This document shows, piece after piece, positions 12,601 to 24,600 of a DNA stretch of 64,000 nt (position 1 is its first letter; each line of letters starts with the position of its first letter). Source of the stretch: the human T2T-CHM13v2.0 reference genome, Homo sapiens; the NCBI RefSeq assembly GCF_009914755.1, contig NC_060931.1; one strand, given 5' to 3'. The position numbers and the translations under genes were made by a program. The notes below the pieces were generated by a model. The model saw nothing but the letters and a program-made list of their open reading frames with translations, was not told where the DNA came from and did no database searches.

Positions 12601-15600
12601 TTTACTGTGGGATACTCACTTTTTTGCTATTGGCCTCAATGTGCTCCCAAATGTCCATTGGCAGAATGGACAAAAACAGTGTTTCCAAACTGCTGAATCT
12701 AAAGAAAGGTTTTACACTGTGAGAAGAATACACACCTCACAAAGCAGTTTCTCAGAAAGCTTCTTTCTAGTTTTCAACTGAACGTATTTTCTTTTTCACC
12801 ATAGACCTCAATGCACGCCAAAATACCCCTTCCCAGATTGTACAAAAACAGTGTTTCCAAAATGATGTATCAAAAGAAAGGTTTAACTGTGGGAGATGAA
12901 TGGACACATCACAAAGTGGTTTCTAAGACAGCCTCCTTCCACTATTTATCCTGAGATAATTGCTTTTTCACCATTGGACTGAATGAGCACTCAGATATCC
13001 ATTCACAGAATGGACAATCACGGTGTTTCCAAACAGCTGAATCAAAAGAAAGGTTTTTCTCTGCTAGATGAATGCACACATCACAAAACGGTTTCTCAGA
13101 CTGCTTTATTGGGCTTTATTGTAGTTTTTATCATGGGATATTCAATATTTTGATGTTGGCCTCAATGAGGTACCAAATGTCCGTTCACAGAATGGACAAA
13201 AACAGTCTTTCAAAACAGTTGAATCAAAGAAAGTTTAACTCTGTGAGATGAATGCTCATATCAGAAAGCAGTTTCTCAGAAAGCTTCTTCTAGTTTTTAT
13301 CTGAATTTACTTTATTTTCACCATAGACCTCAAGGTGCTCCCAAATATCCCTTTGCAGATTATACAAAAACAGTGTTTCCAAACTGCTGAATGGGAAAAA
13401 AAGGTTTAACTCTGTGGGATGAACGTACCCTTTGTAAAGAGGTGTCTCAGATATATTTCTTCTAGTTTTTATCCTGGGATATTCACTTTTTTGCCATTGG
13501 CCTCACCGAGATCCCAGTGTTCATATGCAGAATTGACAAAAGGAGTGTTTCCAAACTGCTGAATCAAAAGAATGGTTTAACTCTATGAGATGAATGCAAA
13601 CTTCACAAAGCAGTTTCTCAGAAAGCTTCCTTCTAGTTTTTATCTGAAGATATTTTCTTTTTCACCATAGTCCTCAATGAGCTTCCAAATATCAAATTGC
13701 AGATTCTTTAAAAACAGTGTTTCCAAACTGCTGAATGAATAGAAAGGTTTAACTCTGCGAGGTGAATCCACACATGACAAAGTGGATTCTCAGATAGCTT
13801 CCTTCTATTTTTTATCATGGGAGATTTTATTTCTGACCATTGGCTTCAATGATCTCCCAAATGTCCATTCGCAGAATGGACAAAATCAGTTTTTCCAAAC
13901 TACTGAATCAAAAGAAAGGTTTAGCTCTCTGAGAGGAATGCACACATCACAAAGCAGTTTCTCAGAAAACTTCTTTCTGGTTTTTTTCTGAAGACATTTT
14001 CTTTTTCACAATAGGTCTCAATGCACTCCCAAATATCCCATCACAGATTTTTTAAAAACAGTGTTCCAACTGCTGAAAGAATAGAAAGGTTTAACTCTGT
14101 GAGATGAAGGCACACATGACAAAGCAGATTCTCAGACAGCTTCCTTCAAGATTTTATCCTGGGATACTTGCTTTTTTACAATTGGCCTCAATGAGCTCCC
14201 AAACGTCCATTTCCCCAATGGAGAAATACAGTTTCCAAACTGCTGAATCAAAAGAAAGGTTTAAATTTGTGAGATGAATGCACACGTCCCAAAGCAGTTT
14301 TTCAGAAAGCTTTCTAGTTTTTATCTGAAGATATTTTCTTTTTCACCATAGGCCTCAATACGCTCCCAAATATCCCTTCACAGATTCTACAGAAACAGTG
14401 TTTCCAAACTGCTGAATGAAAAGAACGGCTTCACTCTGTGAGACTAATGCAGACATCACAAAGCGGTTTCTGAGATAGCTTCCTTGTAGTTTTGATCCAA
14501 GTGTATTCGTTAATTCCATTGGCCTCAATGAGCTCCCAAATACACATTCACAGAAATGGACAAAAACAGTGTTTACAAGTTTTTGCATGTAAACAGAGGT
14601 GTAACTGTGTGAGCGGAATGTATACATAACAAAGCAGTTTCTCAGAAAGCTTCTTTCTAGTTTTTATCTGAAGATATTTCTTTTTACACATAGTCCTCAA
14701 TGCACTCCTAAAAGTCCCTTTGCAGATTCTAAAATATACTGTTTCAAAACTGCTCACTGAAAAGAAAGGTTTAACTCTGAGGGATGAATGCACATATCAC
14801 AAAGTGGTTTCTAGATAGCTTCCTTCTAGTTTTTATACTGGGATATTTGCTTTTTCACCATTGGCATCAAAAAGCTCCCAAATATCCACTCACAGAAGGG
14901 ACAAAAACAGTATTTCCAAACTGCTGAATCAAAAGAAATTTTTATTTCTGGGAGTTGAATGCACACATGACAAAGCAGTTTCTCAGAAATCTTCTTTATT
15001 GTTTTTATGTGAAGATATTTTCTTTTTAACCATAGGACTCAATGCTCTCCCAAATAGCCCTTTGCAGATCCAGAAAAGCATTGTTGCCAAATTGTTGAAT
15101 GAAAATAATGGTTTAATTCTGCTAGATGAATGAACCAATCACAAAGTGGTTTCTCAGATAGCTTCCTTCTAGTTTTCGTTCTGGGATGTTCACTTTTTTC
15201 ACCATAGGCTTCAATGCAACCCCAAATATCCCTGTGCAGTTTCTACCATTCTCGTGCAGAAACCATCATTCTCAGCCAACTATCACAAGGACAGAAAACC
15301 AAACACTGCATGTTCTCACTCATAGGTGCGAGTTGAACCATGAGAACACTTGGACACAGGAAGGGGAACATCACACACCAGGGCCTGTCATGGGGTCGGT
15401 GGAGGGGGCAGGGATAGCATTAGGAGATATACTTAATATAAATGATGATTTAACGGGTACACACACCAACATGGCACATGTATACATATGTAACAAACCT
15501 GCACATTGTGCACTTGTGCCCTAGATCTTAAAGTAAAATTTAAAAAGAGAACAGAAAGGTTTAATTCTGTGAGATGAATGCACACAACTCAAAGTGGTGT

Positions 15601-18600
15601 CTCAGACATCTTCCTTCCAGTGTGTATCCTTTGATATGTGCTTTTTTGCCATTGGCTTCAATGCGCTCCCAAATGTCCATTGACAGTAAGGAAAAAGTGG
15701 TGTTTCCAAACTGCTGAATGAAAAAAAAGTTTAATTTTGTGAGATGACTGCATACATCACAAAAAGGATTCTAAGATAATTTCCTTCCAGTTTTTTCTGG
15801 GAATATTTTCTTATTTGCTATCGGCCTCCATGAGCACCCAAATGTCCATTTGCAGAATGGAGAAAAACAGTGTTTCCAAACTGCTGAATCAAATGAAAGG
15901 TTTAACTCTGTAAGACAATTTATGTGCACACATCAGAAAGCAGTTTCTCAGAAATCCTCTTTCTAGTTTTTAATCTGAATTTATTTACTTTTTCACCATA
16001 GGCTTGAATGTGCTCCCAAATGTCCCTTTGCAGTTACTACAAAAACAGTGTTTCCAAAGTCTGTGAGATGAATCCGAACACTGCAATGTGGCTTCTCAGA
16101 TAGCTTCCTTCTAGTTTTTATTTAGGGATATTTGCTTTTTTGTCATTAGCCTCAATAAGCTCCAAAAAGTCCATTCAAAGAATAGGCAAAAATAGTGTTT
16201 CTAAACTGCTGAGTGAGAATGGTTTAACTGTGAGATGAATGCACATATCACAGAGGAGTTTCTCAGGAAGTTTAGTTCCAGTTTTTACCTGAAGATATTT
16301 TCTTTTTCACCATAGGCCTCAATGTGCTCCCAAATATCCCTTCACAGATTCTGGATAAACAGTGTTTCCATAATGCTGAATGAAAAGAAAGGTTTAACTC
16401 TGTGAGATGAAGGCACACATCAAAAATCAGTTTCTCAGAAAGCTTCTTTCTAGTTTTTACATAAAGGTATTTTCTTTTTCACCATGGGCTCCCAAATATA
16501 CCTGTGCAGGTTTTACAAAACAGTGTTTGCAAACTTCTGAATGAAAAGAAAGTTTAACTCTGAGAGATGAATGCACACATCTCAAGGTGGTTTCTCAGAT
16601 AGTTTTCTTCTAATTTCTATCCTGGGATATTTGCTTTTTTTGCCATTGACCTCAATGAGCTCTCAAATATCCATTCACAGAATGGACAAAAAAACAGTGT
16701 TACAAATTGCTAAGTCAAAAGAAATGTCTAACTCTGTGAGTTTAATGGACAAATCACAAAGAAGTTTCTCAGAAAGATTCTTTCTAGTGTTTATATGAAT
16801 GCATTCTCTTTTTCACCATAACCTCAATGCACTCCCAAGTAACCCTTTGCAGATTCTTCCAAAACAGTTTTTCCAAACTCCTGAATGAAAAGAAAAGTTC
16901 AAATCTGTGAGGCAAATGCACACATCACAAAGGAGTTTCTCAGAAACTTTCCTTATTTTTGTTATGTGAAGATATTTTCTTTTTCAACATAGGCCTGTAT
17001 GCCCTCTCAAGTATCACTTTGAATATTCTACAAAACAGCCTTTCAAAACTGCTGAATGAAAAGAAAGGTTTAACTGTGTGAGATGAATGTGAACACCACA
17101 AAGGGGTTTCTCAGATAGCTTCATTCTATTTTTTATCCTGGGATATTCTTTTTTTCACCAGTGGCCTCAAATATCTCCAAAATGCCCATTCAAAGAATGG
17201 GCAAAAACTGGGTTTCCCAATTGCTCAGTACAAAGGAAGTTTTAACTCTGTGAGATGAATGCACACATCACAAAGCAGTTTCTCAGATAGCTTCCTTCTA
17301 GTTTTTATCTGAAGATATTTTCCTTTGCAACATAAGCCTCAATATGCTCCCATATATTCTTTTGCGTATTCTACATAAACAGTGTTTCCAAACTGCTGAA
17401 TGAAAAGAAAAGTTTAACTCTTTGAGGTTAATGCACACAACACAAAGTGGGTTTTTAGATAGCTTCATTCTAATTTTTTTCCTGAGATATTCAGTTTTTC
17501 ACCACTGGCTTCAATCAGATTCAAAATGTCCATTCACAGAATGGACAAAAACAGAATTTTTAAACTGCTGAACTGAAAGAAAGTGAAACTCTATGAGATG
17601 AATGCACACATCACCAAGCAGTTTCTCATAAAGTTTCTTTCTAATTTTTATCTGAAGATATTTTCCTTTTCACCATAGGCCTCAATGTGCTCCCAAATAT
17701 CCCTTTGCTGATTCTTCAAAAATAAGGTTTTAAAAATGCTGAATGAAAAGAAAGGTTTATCTCTGCAAAATGAAGGCACACATCACAATGCCTTTTCCAT
17801 GATATCTTCCTTTTTTTTATCCAGGGATATTCGCTTTTTTGCTATTGGCCTCCATGAGCTCCCAAATGTTCATTCACAGAATGGACAGAAACAGTGTTTC
17901 CAAACTCCTGAAGGAAAAGAAAGGTTTAAATCTGCGAGATGAATGCACACATCAAAAAACAGTTTCTGAGAGAGCTTCCTTCTAGTTTTTATCCTAGGAT
18001 ATGCTTTTTCACCACTGGCCTCGAACTCCCAAATGTCAATTTGCAGAATGGACAAAAACTGTGTTTTGAAACCACTGAATCAAAAGAAAGTGGTAACTCC
18101 GTGAGATGAATGCACGCATCAAAACGCTGCTTCTCAGAAAGCTTCTTTCTAGTTTCTATCTGAAGTTATTTTCAACCTAGGTCTATATGGGCTCCCAAAT
18201 ATCCCTTCGCAGATTCTTTAAAACAGCGTTTCCAAACTGCTCAAAGAAAAGAAAGGTTTAACGCTGCATGTTGAATGCACACATCACAATGCAGTTTCTC
18301 AGACAGCTTTCTTCTAATTTTTATTCTGGGATATTCACTTTTTTTGCCTTTGGCCTGAATGAGCTCCCAAACTTCCATTTGCAGAATTGACAAAAACAGT
18401 TATTCCAAACTGCTGAATCAACAGAAAGTTTTAACTCTGTGAGATGAATGCACACATCACAAAGCAGTTTCTCAGAAAGCTTCTTTCTGGTTTTTATCTG
18501 AAGACATTTTCTTCTTCACCTTAGGCCTCAATGTACACACAAATAGTCCTGCACAGATTCTATGAAAAAGAAAGGTTTAAATCTGTGGGACAAATGCACA

Positions 18601-21600
18601 CATCACAATGTGGTTTCTCAGATAGTTTTATTCTAGTTTTTATCCTGGGATATTAGCTTTTTCACCACTGGCCTCAATGAGCTTCTGAATGACCAATCAT
18701 AGAAAGGATGAAAACAGTGTTTCCAAAGTGCTGAATCAAAAGAAAGGTTTTACTCTGTAAGACGAATGCACACATCACAAAGTGGTTTCTCAGAAAGGTT
18801 CCTTCTACTTTTTATCTGAAGCTATTTTCTTTTTCACCATAGGGTGCAATATACCCTCAAATATCCCTTCACCAATTGTACAAACACAGTGTTTCCAAAA
18901 TGCTGAATGAAAAGAAAGGTTTAACTTTGCGAGGTGAATGCACACATGACAAAATGGTTTCTCAGATAGCTTCGTTGTAGTTTTTAACCTGGGATATTCT
19001 CCTTTTTCCATTTTCCTCAATGAGCTCCCAATTGTCCATTTGCACATTGGACAAAAAATGTGTTCCCAAACTGCTGAATCAAAAGTATGGTTTAACTCTG
19101 ATCTGAATGTACACAACACAAAGTTATTTATCAGATAGTTTCCTTCTAGTTTATATCCTGGGATATTCGCTTTTCCACCACTGGCTTCAATGAGCTTGCA
19201 AATTTCCATTCCCAGAATGGACAAAAACAGTGTTTCCAAACTGCTGTATGAAAAGGAAAGGTAAAGTCTGTAAGATGAATGCACACGTCACAAAGCAGTT
19301 TATCAGAAAGCTTCTTTCTAGTTTTTATGTGAAGATGATTTCTGTTTCACCATAGGCCTCAAAGCACTCCTAAATATCCCTTTGCAGATAACTGCTGATT
19401 GAAAAGAAAGATTTAACTCTGCAAGATGATTGCACACATCTCAAAGCAGTTTCTCAGATAGATTTTTTTTAGTTTTTATCCAGGGATATTCACTTTTTCA
19501 CAATTGGCCTCAATGAGATTCCAAATGTCCATTCACAGAATGGACAAAAACAGTGTTTCCAAACTACTTTATCGAAAGAGAGGTTTAGCTGTGAGAGGAA
19601 TGTACACCTGTCAAAGCAGTTTCTCGGAAAGCTTCTTTCTAGTTTTTGTCTGTATTTTCTTTTTCACCATAGTCTCAAAATGCTCCCAAATATGCCTTCA
19701 CATATTCTACAAAATCATTGTTTCCAAACTGCTTAATGAAAAAAAGGTTTAACTTTGCGAGGTGAATGCATACGTAACAAAGCATTTTCTCAGATAGTTT
19801 CCTTCTAGTTTTTGTGTCTGGATATTTGCTTTTTCTCCAGTGGCCTATATGATCTCCCAAATGTCCACTCACAGAAAAGACAAACTGGTGTTTCCAAACT
19901 GCTGCATCAATGGAAAGTTTATCTCTGTGAGATGAATGCACACATCAAAAAGCAGTTTCTCAGAAAGCTTCCTTCTACTTTTTATCTGAAGATATTTTCT
20001 TTTTCACCATTGGCCTCAATGCACTCCAAAATATCCCTTTGCTGATTTGACAAAAGCAGCATTTCCAAACTACTGAATGAAAATAAAGGTTTAACACTGT
20101 AAAATGAATTCACACTTCATAATGCCATTTCTCAGATAATTTATTTCTAGTTTTTTTCTTCGGTTGTTTGCTTTTTTGCCTTAGCTCTCATTGCCCTCCC
20201 AAATATCTCTTTGCAGATTCTACAAAAACAGTGTTTCCAAACTGCTGAATGAAAACAAAGGTTTAACTCTGTGAGGTGAATGCACATCACAAAGTGGATT
20301 CTCAGACAGCTTCCTTCCTGTTTTTTTTCTTGGATACTCCTTTTTTGCCATTGGCCTCAGTGAGCTCCTAAATGTGCATTCACAGAATGTACAAAAACAG
20401 TGTTTCCAAACTACTTAATGAAAAGAAGGGTTTAACTCTGTGAGAAAATGCACATGTCACAAAGCGGTTTCTCAGTAACATACTTTCTAGTTAGTATCTG
20501 AAAAATTTTTTTCAACATAGGCCTATATGTGGTCGAAAATGTCCCTTCACAGATCCTAGAAAACAGTGTTTCCAAAATGCTGAGTGAAAAGAAAGGTTTA
20601 ACTCTGTGAGATGAATGCCCACATCACAAAGCAGTTTCTCAGATAGCTTCCTTCTAGTTTTTATCTTGGGATATTTGCTTTTTCTCCATTGGCCACAAAG
20701 AGCTCCCAAATGTCCACTCTTACAATAGACAAAAACAGTGTTTCCAAACAGGTGAGTCAAGAGGAGGGTTTAATTCTGTGAAATAAAAGCACACATCACA
20801 AAGCAGTTTCTCAGAAAGGTTCTTTATAATGTATATCTGAAGACATTTTCATTTTCACCATAGGCCTCTATGTGCTCCCAAATATACCTTTGCAGTTTCT
20901 ACACAAACATTGTTTAGCAACTGCTGAGTGAAAATAAACGTTTAACTCTATGAGGTGAATGTACACATCACGAAGCAGTTTCTCAGATAGCTTCCTTATA
21001 GTTTTTGTCCTGTGATACTCAGTTTTATGGCATTGACCTCAAGGAGCTCGCAAGTGTCCATTCGCATAAGGGCAAAAACAGTGTTTCCAAACTGCTGAAT
21101 CAAAAGAAAGGTTTATCTGTTTGAGATGAGAGCACACCTCATGAAGCAGTTTCTCAGAAAGCTTCTTTCTTGTTTTTATCTGAAGATATTTCCTTTTTCA
21201 CCATAGGCCTCAATGTGCTCCCAAATAACCCTTCACAGATTCTACAAAATCAGTTTTTCAAAACTGCTGAATGAAAAGCATGTTATAACTCTGAGAGTTG
21301 AATGAACACCAAACCAGGTGGTTTTTCAGATAACTTCCTTCTAGTTTTTATTCTGAGATATTCACTTTTTCACCATTGGCCTCAACGAGTTTCAAAATGT
21401 CCATTCAGAGAATGGACAAAAACAGTGTTTCCAAACAATTGAATCAAAAGAAAGGTTTAACTCTGTGAGATGAATGCACACATCACAAAGATATTTTCCA
21501 GATAGCTTCCTTCTAGTTTTTATCCTTCAATATTGGCTTTCTTGCCTTTGCCCTCATCAAGCTCCCAAATGTCCATTTGTAGAATGGACAAAAACAGTGT

Positions 21601-24600
21601 TTCCAAATTGCTGAATCAAAAGAAAGGTTTAACTCTGTGAGAGGAATGTACACATGACAAAGCATTTTCTCAGAAAGCTTCTTTCTGGTTTTTATCTCAA
21701 CATATTTTCTTTTTCAACGTAGTCCTCAACGCACTCCCAAACATACGTTGGCAGATTCAAACAAAAAATTTTTCCAAACTGCTGAATGAAAAGAAGAATT
21801 TAACTCTGTGATATGAACGCACACATCATAAAGTGGTTCCTCAGATAGCTTCCTTCTAGTTTTTATCCTGGGATATTCACTTTTTCACCATTGACCTCAA
21901 AGAGCTCCCAAATGTCCACTCACATAATGGACAAAAAGTGTTTCCAAACTGCTGAATCAAAAGAAAAGTTTAACTCTGAGAGATGAATGCACACATCACA
22001 AAGCAGTTTCTCAGCTTCTTTCAAGTTTTAATCTGAATATATTTTCTTTTTCACCATAGACCTCAATGCACTACCTAATATTACTTAGCAGATTCCAGAA
22101 AAACAGTGTTTCCAAACTGACAAATGAAAAGAAAGATTTTACTCTATGAGATAAAAGCAGACAACACAGAGCGGTTTCTCAGATAGCTTCCTCCTAATTT
22201 TTATCCTGTTATGTTCACTTATTCACCTTTGGCCTCAAAGACCTCCCAAATGTCCATAGTCAGAATGGACAACAACAGTGTTTACAAACTGCTGAAGGCA
22301 AAGAAAGGTGTAACTCTGTGAGATGAATGCACATATAACAAAGCAATTTCTCAGAAACCATCTTTCTAGTTTTTATTTGAAGATATTTTCTTTTTCACCC
22401 TAAGCCTCAATGAACTCCCTAATATTCCTCGGCAGTTTCCACAAAAACAGTGTTTCCAAACTGATGAATGAAAAGAAAGGTTTAATTCTGTGAGATAAAT
22501 GCAGACATCACATAACGGTTTCACAATAACTTCCTAGTAGTTTTTATCCTCAGATATTCACTTTTTCACCTTTGGACTCAACGAGCTCCTAAATGTCCAT
22601 TCACAGAATGCACAAAAAAGGGTCTCCAAACTGCTGAATCAAGAGTAAGTTTTCACTCAGTGAGATGAATGCACACATCACAAAGCAGTTTCTCAGAAAG
22701 CTTCTTTTCGTTTTTATCTGAATATATTTTCTTTTTCACCCTAGGCCTCAATGTACTCCCTAATATTACTTGGCAGATTCAACAAAAACAGTGTTTCCAA
22801 ACTTCTGAATGAAAAGAAAGATTTAACTCTGACAGACAAATGCTGACTTCACAAAGGGGTTTCTCAGATAATATCCTTCCACTTTTTTTCCTGGGGTATA
22901 CAGTTTTTCACAAATGGCATCAGTGAGTTCCCTAATGTCTATTCCCAGAATGTACAAAAACAGTGTTTCCAAACTGATGAATCAAAGGAAAGGTTTAACC
23001 CTGTGAGAGGAATGCACACCTCTTTAAACAGTTTCTCAGAAAACTTCTTTCTAATTTTTATCTGAAGATATTTCCTTTTTCACCACAGGCCTCAATGCAC
23101 TCGCAAATATCCCTTCACAGATTCTACAAAAACTGCTGACTGAAAAGGAAAGTTTACCTCTGCCAGGTGAATGCACACATCAAAAAGCGGTTTCTCAGAC
23201 AGCTTCATTCTTTTTTTTTATCCTGGGATATTCGCTTTTTTGCCATTGGCCCCAATGAGCTCCAAAATGTCCTTTCACAGGAAGAACAAAAGCAGTGTTT
23301 CCAAACTGCTGAATAAAAGAAGGGTTTAAATCAGTGAGATGAATGCACACATCACAGAGCAGTTTCTCTGAGAGCTTCCTTCTAGTTTTTATGCTGGGAT
23401 ATTTTATTTTTCACCATTGGCCTCAATGAGCTCAAAAATGACTATTTCCAGAATGGACAAACACAGTGTTTCCAAAATCCAGAATCAAAAGAAAGGTTTA
23501 ACTCTGTGAGATGAATGCACACATCACAAAGCGGTTTCTCAGATACCTTGTTTCTTGTATTTAACCTGGGATAATTGCTTTTTTGCCATTGACCACAATG
23601 AGCTCCCAAATGTCCATTTGCAAAATGGACAAAAACAGTTTTAAACCCCTGAATGAAAGGAAAGTTTTAACTCTGACAGATGAATGCACACATAGCAAAG
23701 CGGTTTTGCAGATAGCTTCCTTCTAGTATTTATCCTGGGATATTATTTTTTTGCCATTGCCCTTAATGAGCTCTCAAATGTCCATTCGCAGAATGGACAG
23801 AAACAGTGCTCCCAAACTGCTGAATCTAAATAAAGTTTTAACTTTTCTAGATGAATGCACACATCACAAAGCAGTTTCTCAGAAAGATTCTTTCTAGTTT
23901 TTATCTAAAGATATTTTCTTTTTCACAGTAGATCTCAATGCACTTCCAAATAGCCCTTCACAGAAACTACAAAATCAGTGTTTCCAAACTGCTGAATGAA
24001 AAGAAATGTTTAAATTTGTGTGACGAATGCACACATCACAAAACCATTTCTCAGATAGTTTCATTCTAATTTTTACACTGGGATATTCTCTTTTTCACCA
24101 TTGGCCTCAATGAGCTCCAACATGTTCATTTGCAGAATGGACAAAAACAGTGTTTCCAAACTGCTGAATCAAAAAAAAGGTTTCAGTCTGCGAGATGAAT
24201 ACACACATCACAAAGCAGTTTCTCAAAAAGTTTCTTTCTAGTTTTAATCTGAAGATACTTACTTTTACCCCTTAGGCCTCAATGTGCTCTCAAATATCAA
24301 TTTGCAGATTCTACAAAAACAGTGTTTCCAAACTGCTGTATGAAAATAAAGGTTTCACTCTGTGAGTTGAATGCACACATCACAAAGTGGTTTCTCAGAT
24401 AGCTTCCTTCTAGTTTTCATCCTTGGATATTTGCTTTTTTGCCATTGGTCTCAATGATCTCCCAAATGTCTATTCGCAGAATGCAGATAAACAGTGTTTT
24501 GAAAGTGCTAAATCAAAAGTAAGGTTTAACTGTGAGGTGAATGCAAACATCACAAAGCAGTTTCTCAGAGAGCTTCTTTCTACTTTTTATCTGAAGATAT

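Noticed and set aside
15259-15546. This fragment or the 44 kb one being the displaced 3' end of the large L1
   Set aside because: Neither begins at the 59863 breakpoint (over 800 nt would be missing), and the 44 kb copy has its own TSD.
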